This document shows, piece by piece, positions 39,300 through 47,886 of a stretch of 64,000 nt of DNA. Origin of the DNA: an uncultured Ellagibacter sp. (lineage in GTDB: Bacteria; Actinomycetota; Coriobacteriia; Coriobacteriales; Eggerthellaceae); the NCBI RefSeq assembly GCF_934617235.1, contig NZ_CAKTTZ010000007.1, forward strand, positions 4,983 through 68,982, in the 5' to 3' direction. The position numbers were made by a program, and so were the translations under genes. Position 1 is the stretch's first letter, and every line of letters begins with the position of its first letter. Below the pieces are notes generated by a model. The model was not told where the DNA came from and did not search any database. It saw nothing but the letters and a program-made list of their open reading frames with translations.

Positions 39300-39408
39300 G
39301 CCGTCCTTTCGTCTCAAGCAAACTGAGGGCGGGTCCCTTTTGCGGGTGCCCGCCCTCAGTTAAGATACCCGAGCCATCGCACGATGGGAAGGGCAAAGGG
39401 CCGAAGCC

Positions 39409-41490
39409 CTACAGATTGTACGAACGCGAGCTGTGCATGCTGAGCGCGATCGTCGAGGCGTTATGCAGAAGCGAGGAGGTCTGCGGCGTGATAATACCGC
39501 CGATGCCAAGCGCCAAGAGCGCCGAATTGAACCCAATGGTCTGTGCAAACGAGGTGTCCATTCGTCCCATGAGGCCCTGCGAGAGCTTGCGCATCTGAAC
39601 GAGCGAACTCAGATTGCCCTCTGAGAGCGTGATATCGGCAACCTCCTTGGCAATAGCAGTGCCCTGCCCCATGGCAACACCCACCGTTGCCGCAGAGAGA
39701 GCAGGGGAATCGTTCACGCCATCCCCCACCATGACCACCTTGCACCCTTCGGCCTTCAGCTGTTCAACGACCTCATGCTTGTCCTCGGGGAGCATGTCGG
39801 CACGAAACTCGGTGATTCCGGCAGCCTGCGCAACGCGGGAAGCCGTCTTCTCGTTGTCGCCTGTCAGCATGATGATCCGCTCGAAGCCGAGATTACGCAG
39901 CTCTTCGACCGCTTCGGAAACGCCCGACTTCAAAGGGTCGTCGATACCGATAACGCCGACAAGCTTGCCATCGACGGCAAGATAGAGCGTCGAGAGATCG
40001 CTCGCTTCGGCGTCGATCATCTGTTGCTCCTCCTCGGATACGACGACACCCTCGTCCTCGACGACGAAGTGCCTCGACCCGATGACCGCGCGTTTGCCAT
40101 CGAGGGAGCTTGCAATGCCGTGCGCCACGATGTACTCGACGGCGGCATGGCGTTCGCGATGCTTGAGGTTCTTTTCCGCCGCAGCGCGAACGACCGCGCG
40201 AGCGACAGGGTGCGGGAAATGCTCTTCAAGGCATGCCGAGAAGCGAAGCACTTGGGTTCGGTTCCATCCATCAAGCGCGATGATGCACTTCACCTGGGGC
40301 TGAGCCTCGGTAAGCGTGCCGGTCTTGTCGAAGACGATAGTATCGGCCTGGGCAAAAGCCTCGAAATGCTTCGATCCCTTCACCGTGAAACCAGCCTTGG
40401 CGGCCTGGCTCATGGCGGACAGCACCGAAATCGACCCCGTCAGCTTGAGCGCGCAGGAGTAGTCAACCATAAGCGCCGCAGACGTCTTCACCAAACTGCG
40501 CGTGGTGAGCGCAACGATGCCTGCGAGCAGGAAGTTCCACGGAACGATGCGATCCGCCAAGCGTTCGCGTTTTGTCTGAACATCCGATTTCATGCTTTCG
40601 GACATCTCGACCAGCGAGACGATGGAGCGGATCTTCGTCTCGCCCGTCGCCGCCTTGACACGGACGAAAATCTCTCCCTCTTCGCAGGCGGTACCCGCAA
40701 AGACGTCATCGCCGACCGTGCGTTCGACGGCAAGCGGCTCGCCGGTGAGAGTCGACTGGTTCACCATGGCCACACCGCGTTCGACCACACCGTCGACGCT
40801 TATGGGCATGCCGGTACGGACGACGACCAAGTCACCCGATTTAAGGTTGGCGGAGGGAACAGTGATTTCCCTATCCCCGTCGACAAGCTGGGCGTTTTCG
40901 GGAGCTCCGAGCAAAGAGTAGATAAGCTGGTTCTCCGAACGCGCTCGCGTGTAGTCTTCGAGCGTCTCGCCCAAATCGAGAAGGAACATCGTCGAGGCAG
41001 CTGTCGCGAAATCGCCCTTCACAAACGAGATGCCGATAGCGGCCGCGTCGAGGACGGGCACATCGAGACGCGCGTGCAAAAGCGAGTTCAAGGCGGCCTT
41101 CAGGAAAAGGCGGTAATGCCAGATGGTCCTTATGACGCGCAGCGGCGCGGGAAGGAACCACTTGCGTGCGAAGTGGGAACCGACAAGCATCGCAATGTCC
41201 ATCAACAGGGAATGCGTGCGAACCGAAAGCGCCGTCGGGCATGCGAGCTTCGCCTTCTCGATGGACGCCGCATCGACGGCATCCATCGCAGCGAGCAACG
41301 AGGCCCTTGTCTCTTCCCCACCTCCATAGGTGATGGCAAGCGATCCGATTCGCGGGTAAACGCAAGCCGAGGAGACACCAGGGCATGCCGTCATGAGCGA
41401 CTCGAGCGCATCGACGTCCGATTCCGGCACGCGACCATAGAGGCGAACGCGGATTCGCCCCGGTATCTCATGCTCAATCGTGTATTTCAT
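39409..41490 (-). CDS. Heavy-metal P1B-type ATPase (SCA-motif subgroup)
   Basis: HEIPGRIR N-domain, LTGE, DYSCAL, DKTGTLT, HP, GDGVND, HNAST. Confidence 0.92.
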   Translation of the reverse strand: MKYTIEHEIPGRIRVRLYGRVPESDVDALESLMTACPGVSSACVYPRIGSLAITYGGGEETRASLLAAMDAVDAASIEKAKLACPTALSVRTHSLLMDIAMLVGSHFARKWFLPAPLRVIRTIWHYRLFLKAALNSLLHARLDVPVLDAAAIGISFVKGDFATAASTMFLLDLGETLEDYTRARSENQLIYSLLGAPENAQLVDGDREITVPSANLKSGDLVVVRTGMPISVDGVVERGVAMVNQSTLTGEPLAVERTVGDDVFAGTACEEGEIFVRVKAATGETKIRSIVSLVEMSESMKSDVQTKRERLADRIVPWNFLLAGIVALTTRSLVKTSAALMVDYSCALKLTGSISVLSAMSQAAKAGFTVKGSKHFEAFAQADTIVFDKTGTLTEAQPQVKCIIALDGWNRTQVLRFSACLEEHFPHPVARAVVRAAAEKNLKHRERHAAVEYIVAHGIASSLDGKRAVIGSRHFVVEDEGVVVSEEEQQMIDAEASDLSTLYLAVDGKLVGVIGIDDPLKSGVSEAVEELRNLGFERIIMLTGDNEKTASRVAQAAGITEFRADMLPEDKHEVVEQLKAEGCKVVMVGDGVNDSPALSAATVGVAMGQGTAIAKEVADITLSEGNLSSLVQMRKLSQGLMGRMDTSFAQTIGFNSALLALGIGGIITPQTSSLLHNASTIALSMHSSRSYNL

Positions 41491-41502
41491 CGAGCGGCTT
41501 CT

Positions 41503-41754
41503 TTACTTCTCGTCCTTGGCTTCGGCCTTTTCGGATTCGGCGAGATTGATGTAATTTGCCTCGGCAACGATGTCGTCGACCTGGGCTTTCGCCTCTTCAA
41601 CGATGTTCTGGTAACCCTGCTTCACCTGCAGGCCCTTGGCGACGCCCTGAACGTAGCACTTCCGCGCAGTCTTAGAAGTGAGCGCCTTCACACCGACCGT
41701 ACCGGCAAGAAAGCCTGCGCCGACGAGCAAGGAGTTGAACGTTTTCTTTTTCAT
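41503..41754 (-). CDS. Small P1B-ATPase-associated protein (DUF6110/DUF1490-like)
   Basis: GFLAGTVGVKALTSKTARKCYV..DDIVAEA; AGAAAGGA RBS; directly upstream of the ATPase. Confidence 0.7.
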   Translation of the reverse strand: MKKKTFNSLLVGAGFLAGTVGVKALTSKTARKCYVQGVAKGLQVKQGYQNIVEEAKAQVDDIVAEANYINLAESEKAEAKDEK

Positions 41755-41789
41755 TACAGATTCCTTTCTGATAATTGAGCTTACGCATA

Positions 41790-41805
41790 GTTAGCCCAAG
41801 ATAAC
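41790..41805. promoter_or_regulatory. Candidate DtxR/MntR-like metalloregulator box
   Basis: GTTAG-N6-ATAAC imperfect palindrome 36 bp upstream of the metal ATPase operon. Confidence 0.45.
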
Positions 41806-41861
41806 GAACAGAAAGGATTGTAAACTGTTGGTAAGAAAAGAGCGATGGAATTCACATAAAG

Positions 41862-43346
41862 TTAACTATGGCTTTCCGCAAAATCGATGAGCTCCTGGCG
41901 GTTATGGACGCCGCATTTCGCGTAGATGCGACGCAGGTGCGTGTCGACCGTGCTTTTTGAGATGCAAAGCTCACTTGCGATGCGCTCGCCTGTACGGCCC
42001 TTGAGCGCGAGCGGTAAAACCTCCGCTTCGCGAGGGGAAAGCCCCGCTTCTGCTCCGATCTTCCGACAGGTGGCATCGAAGCGGTCAAGCGTAATGGCGA
42101 CTTGGGAGAGCGCCGAAAAGTCACGCTCGGTAAACAGATAGAGATAAGCGATCAGAGCGCACAAACCCGCCAAAGCGCACATGAAATGGGCGGCGGCGTT
42201 TCCAAAGAACACAACATCGAAGAAGTTGCCAACGACCAGCCCCATGAACTCGCCAAAGAAAAGCGCGGCAAAACCGCGCCCAAACGTGACCGCGGCATCT
42301 CCGCCATCGATCTTGCCCATGACAAGGAAAAGAGACACCATGACAACGATAAGGGAGAGAAAACCCGCCATCGCAACAGCTTCTCCCGGTACCCCGATAT
42401 CACCGAGGACCTCGACGAAGAGAAAGCCCCCCATAAGCAGGAGCACCGAAAGACGATACGTACCACCCAGGGGGCCGGTTTCCCCACCCTGAACGAAGGC
42501 AAGGCCACGCGAGAGGACAGCAAGCATCCCCCCTTCTGGACGCGGCGCATCCTTCGAAGCGAGACGTGTGCCCTCGCCCCCGAAGAGCTGCAATGCCGCA
42601 AGACAGAAGAAGATGAAGAGCACGAGCGTAACGGGAAGCGTCGGCGTGGCATCCATCCCGGGTTCCGAGCCGTACGTCTGCATGATTCCCGTCGCCAACC
42701 CGAACAGCAGCGTGCCAAAAAGAAGTCGTCTCGTGAAGCGATTCTTCGGCGCATCACCTTTGTTTGATGGCCCCTTCGTGGCAGGCAGGGCGGAGCCGAC
42801 GCGACGAAGCGCAAGCAGAAAAAAAAGCGACAGAAGAGGAAAAACGCAGATAAGCAAGCCGAGCACGGAGGGAAGCGACTCAGACCCCAAAAGGAAGCAT
42901 ATCGCAGCGCCGAGTGCGGAGCCGATAAGTGCCTCGGGGACAGAATGCTCGATTTCGAAACCGCCGAGCGCCTGGCCCCATGCGGCAAAAACAATGCCAC
43001 TTGGGGTACCGACCAACAGCCCTTCAATTAAGAGCAGCGCGCCGTTATGCGTGCCGAGCAATTGCGTCGCAAGCGACCCCGCCGCCATAAGGACAGTGCT
43101 CACGATAAGCGAGGGGGTGGAAAGCAGGCGATGCCTGAGAGGGTTCGGAGCGAACGCGCATGCAATGAGCGCGAACGCCATGAAAAACAAGGAAAAGAGT
43201 AGCTCGCCGCGTTCGAACTCGAATTCGCCGATTGAAAAAGAGCAATTCGATCCCATGTAGAGAAGCGAGATAACGCACGACTGGAAAGACGCAAAGCCCA
43301 AAATAGCGCAACGAGCGCGTCTTGCGTCGCTTGGAACTTGGACCAC
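41862..43346 (-). CDS. Multi-TM membrane-bound LuxR-type regulator
   Basis: About 12 hydrophobic segments plus LSPREAEVL..GRT..IASELCISKSTVDTHLRRIYAKCGVHNRQEL. Confidence 0.9.
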   Translation of the reverse strand: MVQVPSDARRARCAILGFASFQSCVISLLYMGSNCSFSIGEFEFERGELLFSLFFMAFALIACAFAPNPLRHRLLSTPSLIVSTVLMAAGSLATQLLGTHNGALLLIEGLLVGTPSGIVFAAWGQALGGFEIEHSVPEALIGSALGAAICFLLGSESLPSVLGLLICVFPLLSLFFLLALRRVGSALPATKGPSNKGDAPKNRFTRRLLFGTLLFGLATGIMQTYGSEPGMDATPTLPVTLVLFIFFCLAALQLFGGEGTRLASKDAPRPEGGMLAVLSRGLAFVQGGETGPLGGTYRLSVLLLMGGFLFVEVLGDIGVPGEAVAMAGFLSLIVVMVSLFLVMGKIDGGDAAVTFGRGFAALFFGEFMGLVVGNFFDVVFFGNAAAHFMCALAGLCALIAYLYLFTERDFSALSQVAITLDRFDATCRKIGAEAGLSPREAEVLPLALKGRTGERIASELCISKSTVDTHLRRIYAKCGVHNRQELIDFAESHS

Positions 43347-43488
43347 GCCAACTCCTCCTCTATCGAACGGTTAGTTAATCAGTATCCACGGAAAGCATCG
43401 TAGAGAGATGATACCCCGCCCGAAAGCAAATTGGGCACACAGCTTCAAGCCGCGTGCCCAAGGGAAGGGTCTTTCGTTGGATGGTTCG

Positions 43489-43764
43489 CTATTCGGAGGC
43501 AACAACCTTCTTCACGACGCGCTTCTTCGTGGTTTTAGGAGCCTCCTCATCGTCGGCAGATTCAGACTCGACAAGATTATCTGCAACCTCTTCTGCATCG
43601 GTTGCCTCTTCGGTCTTCTTGTTCGAACCAAGGCCTTCGCGCAGGCCCTTGACCGACTTGCCGATGGCGCTGCCGAGCTTCGGAAGGTTCTTCGGCCCGA
43701 AGATAAGAAGAACGACAACGAGAATAATAAGAAGTTCAGGGGTTCCCATTCCGAGGATTTTCAT
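43489..43764 (-). CDS. tatA: Twin-arginine translocase TatA/E
   Basis: MKILGMGTPELLIILVVVLLIFGPKNLPKLGSAIGK; AAGGAG RBS. Confidence 0.93.
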   Translation of the reverse strand: MKILGMGTPELLIILVVVLLIFGPKNLPKLGSAIGKSVKGLREGLGSNKKTEEATDAEEVADNLVESESADDEEAPKTTKKRVVKKVVASE

Positions 43765-43940
43765 TGCGATGCTCCTTTTGCATTGCCTTGCCAACGTGTT
43801 ATCCCGACTATGCAGCGAACGGCGTGAGAAGGCCATCACGCAAACCCATGATTTTGCCGCATGACAAAAAATCGTCCTTGTCATGTATTTGCATGACAAA
43901 GGCGAAATAGCAGGTCAATTAACTAATTGGGAAGTATACG

Positions 43941-44864
43941 CTACAAATGCTCGCGAACCCATTCGATATTCGACATGATAGTCGCGATCAATTCGTCGAC
44001 ATCGTCGAAGACACGCATTGGGCGCAGCCACGCGATGAACTCTACCTCGATTTCGCATCCGTAGATATTGCCATCGAAATCCAGGAGATGCGCTTCGCAG
44101 TTTGCGGTCGAACGGTCGGCAAATGTCGCCGCAACACCCATGTTGACCGCTGCCTTGTAGCGCTTCCCATCGACATGCACATAGGCGGCATAGACCCCAT
44201 CGCCAACGGCACGGAACTCATCGGGGATAGAAAGGTTGGCCGTGCGGATACCCATTTGGGCACCTTCGCCGCGACCCGATACCACCGTACCGCGTACCTT
44301 CCAAGGGCGACCGAGAAGCTTTGTAGCCTCCTCGACGTTGCCCGTTGAAAGAAGTCCTCTGATGCGCGTTGCACTTACCGGAGCCCCTTCAAGGCAAAGC
44401 AATTCATGCGGCGTGACACTACACGAATGGCGCGATCCCCATTCGATAAGCGTTTCCTCGGTACCCTTCGCACGTGCTCCGAAGCGAAAGCCTTCACCAA
44501 CATGGATACTTGCAGGTGCAAGCTCGCCGAAGGTTGAGGCGAGAAAGTCCTCAGGTGAAAGTGATGCAAATTCGCGCGTAAAAGGCAACACGGCAACGAA
44601 GTCGGCGCCCGAGGCGGCAAGAGCCCGAATGCGATCCTCATTGGTCATAAGCTTCTTTAGCTCGCCCGGTCGAAACATCTCGTCGGGGTCAAGATCGAAC
44701 GTGAGAGCAAAAGAAGCGCTTCCCCGCTTCTTGGAGTCTTCAATCGCACATGAAATCAGAGCTTCGTGACCTTTATGGACGCCATCGAAAACGCCGAAGG
44801 CGCAACAAGCTCCCTCGAAGCGCGTACGATCGAAGGCCTCATCAACGCTAAATATCTCCGCCAC
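43941..44864 (-). CDS. ribF: Riboflavin kinase / FAD synthetase
   Basis: GVFDGVHKGH, GFRFG, SATRIR, TANL, EAHLLDF. Confidence 0.94.
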   Translation of the reverse strand: MAEIFSVDEAFDRTRFEGACCAFGVFDGVHKGHEALISCAIEDSKKRGSASFALTFDLDPDEMFRPGELKKLMTNEDRIRALAASGADFVAVLPFTREFASLSPEDFLASTFGELAPASIHVGEGFRFGARAKGTEETLIEWGSRHSCSVTPHELLCLEGAPVSATRIRGLLSTGNVEEATKLLGRPWKVRGTVVSGRGEGAQMGIRTANLSIPDEFRAVGDGVYAAYVHVDGKRYKAAVNMGVAATFADRSTANCEAHLLDFDGNIYGCEIEVEFIAWLRPMRVFDDVDELIATIMSNIEWVREHL

Positions 44865-45867
44865 GTCTTACTCCTGTCTGGAAGATGCAGCAAGCCTGAT
44901 AGCGCTGCCGCTTTTCCTCGTAAGCATAAATCCCCACGAGCTTGTTGTCGACGATAATTGCGACGTGCTCGCCATCCTTCGGTTCCATCGCACTTTGACG
45001 CACACCCGCCGTGCAGGCACACATCTCGTCGGTCGCACTTGCATGCCGGCGCTCGCACAGTTCAACGGCAGTTTCCGGCAAAGGATTGCCGTTAGAAACA
45101 AGGCGCGCCCCATCGCCTTCGAGAAAGGCAAAGCGAAAACCTAGCAGCTTCACGGGATCGAGTGACGCATCCACGCCCATGCGCTCAAGCGCCTCAAGGG
45201 TTGCACAATCGTCGAGCGTCAAGAGTCCAGCACTCATGCGACGAAGAACCGCCACATGCGCAGGACAGCCCACCGCAACACCGATATCGCGCGCAAGAGC
45301 CCTGATGTAAGTCCCCTTAGAGACATGGAAATCCACGTCCCATGATACGGGAGCATCGCCCTCACCGGAAACAATGGCGACCAAGTCGGCGGAATACACT
45401 TCGATATCGCGCGGTTTCAGCTCGATGATATTGCCACGGCGCGCAGCGTCGCACGCTTTGACGCCACCCACCTTGACAGCGGAATACGCTGGCGGAAGCT
45501 GCTTTTGAGGCCCGATGAAACGGGCAAGTATCTCGCACGCAAACGATTCTTCATTAGCGGCAGAAGGAACCGCTCCGAACTTAACGGGAGTACCGTCGAC
45601 ATCGTCGGTGTCGGTGCCCACCCCGAAGGTAATTCGCACCCGGTAGTGTTTGTCGTGCCCAACCATATAATTATCGAGCCTCGTCGCAGGCCCAACGCAA
45701 ACGCAGAGCACGCCCGATGCCAAAGGGTCGAGGGTGCCGGTATGACCGACTCGGCGCTCCCCGAAGATACGACGGACCCGGTTCACGACATCATGCGAGC
45801 TCATGCCCGAGGGCTTATCCACTCCCACAACGAGCGACAAACCCGATTGTCCTCTCTTAGCTGCCAC
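44848..45867 (-). CDS. truB: tRNA pseudouridine-55 synthase
   Basis: DKPSGMSSHDVV, GHTGTLDPLASG, PPAYSA, SKGTYIRALARD; GTG 45867. Confidence 0.95.
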   Translation of the reverse strand: MAAKRGQSGLSLVVGVDKPSGMSSHDVVNRVRRIFGERRVGHTGTLDPLASGVLCVCVGPATRLDNYMVGHDKHYRVRITFGVGTDTDDVDGTPVKFGAVPSAANEESFACEILARFIGPQKQLPPAYSAVKVGGVKACDAARRGNIIELKPRDIEVYSADLVAIVSGEGDAPVSWDVDFHVSKGTYIRALARDIGVAVGCPAHVAVLRRMSAGLLTLDDCATLEALERMGVDASLDPVKLLGFRFAFLEGDGARLVSNGNPLPETAVELCERRHASATDEMCACTAGVRQSAMEPKDGEHVAIIVDNKLVGIYAYEEKRQRYQACCIFQTGVRRGGDI

Positions 45868-45999
45868 TATTATCCCTTCATACAGCAAGAAAGCGGGAGT
45901 GCTCCCGCTTTCCCTCATTGCAAAACCGATAAAATCATCCTCGCGGAACCAAAAGCCCGTCGTCGAAAAACCGTACGGAGGCCAACGACCGCAATGCGC

Positions 46000-46482
46000 T
46001 TATCGTGAGAATTTCTCTTTAAGCGCGCGCTCGACACAAGGCGGCACGAAATCTTTGATATCCCCTCCCATAGAGGCGATTTCCCGAACCACAGAGGAGG
46101 ACAGATACATGTGCTGCGGCGTCGACATGATGAACAACGTTTCCAAATTGCGATCGAGCTCATAATTGATCGCCGTCATCTGGAACTCGTATTCAAAGTC
46201 CGTGATAGCGCGCAGGCCCTTGACGACCGCGGTCGCGCCAACCTCGTGTGCGAAATCGACAAGCAGCCCATTAAATGGCTCGACGCGGACGTTTTCGAGA
46301 CCCACGGTAGCCTCTTTCACCAACGCCACGCGCTCCTCAAGCGTGAAGAGCGGGCCCTTTTTCACGGACTCGGCAACCGCAACGATAACCTCATCGACGA
46401 GCTGAGAAGCACGCGTAATCACATCGAGATGCCCTACCGTGATCGGGTCGAACGTACCGGGTGTCAATGCGCATTTGACCAT
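46000..46482 (-). CDS. coaD: Phosphopantetheine adenylyltransferase
   Basis: PGTFDPITVGH, KGLRAITDFEYE, LSSSVVRE. Confidence 0.97.
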   Translation of the reverse strand: MVKCALTPGTFDPITVGHLDVITRASQLVDEVIVAVAESVKKGPLFTLEERVALVKEATVGLENVRVEPFNGLLVDFAHEVGATAVVKGLRAITDFEYEFQMTAINYELDRNLETLFIMSTPQHMYLSSSVVREIASMGGDIKDFVPPCVERALKEKFSR

Positions 46483-46511
46483 ATAGCATCATCCTAACTG
46501 GGGTAACATGC

Positions 46512-47498
46512 CTATTCAAGCGCCTGCTTGATAGCCTTCTCCACCCTCACAAGCGCGCCTTCCATCGGACCTTCGATTGAGAAACCAGCAGCAGCCTTAT
46601 GTCCGCCGCCTCCGAATGAGTTCGCGATTGCCGCAACGTCGGTGTCGTCCTTCGCGCGGAAACTGCCGCGAATCGTTTCGGCTTGCTCGCGCAGCATGCA
46701 GGCAACGCGAACGCCCGCGATAGAGCGAAGCGTGTCGATAAGCGCTTCTGCGTCCGCCTTTACCGCATGACATTTCTCGAAATCGCGCAGGGTAACATAA
46801 CTTATCGCAGCCTGACCACCGCAGAAGAGCTTCATGTGCTTGATAGCACAAGCCTCGAGCAAAACGGATGCTTCACTGCGGTTTTGGAAGACCTCTCGCG
46901 AAACATACGAGGCATCGACGCCCGCGGTGATCATCTCCGAAGCTGACGCAAACGCACGAGAGTCAGCATTCTGATACTGGAAACGACCGGTGTCGGTAAC
47001 CAAGCCGGTATAGGCGCACAACGCGATATCGCCCGAGTTGTCGACGCGCATACATTTGGAAAGCTCCCAGATGAGCATAGTAGTTGCCGCCATCGAGGGA
47101 TTGCAATACGTAAGGGTACTCATCGTCTCGGGATAAGCGTGGTGGTCGATGGTAATCGAGTACTCCGCCTCATCGAGCAGACGCGAAGCATCCCCGATTC
47201 GCTCACGATTGGGAACGTCAACAGCGACGAACGTCCCGACTTCGCCCATGTAATCACGCGCATACACCATGTCTTCAATCCCCGGCAAAAACGAAAGACG
47301 CACGTCGGGCTTTTCAGGCTTCGCCAACACGCACGTCACCTTTTTCCCGAGGCGGCGCAGAATTCCCGCTAAGGCGAGCTGTGAGCCCAGGCAATCGCCG
47401 TCAGGGCTCACATGGCCGCAAATCACATAATCATCGCGCGATTTCAAAACCGCGGAGATCTCCGTAAGCGAAACGTTCGTTTGCGGTGTGACCGGCAT
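46512..47498 (-). CDS. nrnA: DHH/DHHA1 oligoribonuclease / PAP phosphatase
   Basis: HVSPDGDCLGS, IDHH, TDTG, GGGGHKAAAG. Confidence 0.88.
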   Translation of the reverse strand: MPVTPQTNVSLTEISAVLKSRDDYVICGHVSPDGDCLGSQLALAGILRRLGKKVTCVLAKPEKPDVRLSFLPGIEDMVYARDYMGEVGTFVAVDVPNRERIGDASRLLDEAEYSITIDHHAYPETMSTLTYCNPSMAATTMLIWELSKCMRVDNSGDIALCAYTGLVTDTGRFQYQNADSRAFASASEMITAGVDASYVSREVFQNRSEASVLLEACAIKHMKLFCGGQAAISYVTLRDFEKCHAVKADAEALIDTLRSIAGVRVACMLREQAETIRGSFRAKDDTDVAAIANSFGGGGHKAAAGFSIEGPMEGALVRVEKAIKQALE

Positions 47499-47499
47499 G

Positions 47500-47877
47500 C
47501 TACTCGTCCTCTTCTTCCTCTTTCATAATGACCGGCGGACGCTGGGATTCGCGCGCAAGGGCACCGGCGATACGCTCGGCCGTATCGACGCTTCGATCGA
47601 GCATGAAGCGCAACTCAGGGGCGACGCGCCAGGACAAACGGCGCGCCATGAGCGAGCGGATACGGCCACTCGCCCTGGTGAAAGCCTCGGCAACCTTGTC
47701 GTAGCGCTGCTTGTCCGCGGAATAGTACACGTTGCAGACGCTGCGGTCGAAAGAAACCTCGCAACCGGTGATTGTGACCATCGACAACTCGGGATCGGAT
47801 ATATCGAACAGCAGGATGCTCGCGATAACCTCGCGCGCCTGCTCGTTGACCTTGCGGCTCGAAGAACCTTGCTTCAT
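47500..47877 (-). CDS. rbfA: Ribosome-binding factor A
   Basis: ISDPEL..ITGCEVS, RVAPELRF.LD; follows infB. Confidence 0.94.
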   Translation of the reverse strand: MKQGSSSRKVNEQAREVIASILLFDISDPELSMVTITGCEVSFDRSVCNVYYSADKQRYDKVAEAFTRASGRIRSLMARRLSWRVAPELRFMLDRSVDTAERIAGALARESQRPPVIMKEEEEDE

Positions 47878-47886
47878 GCCGACCTC

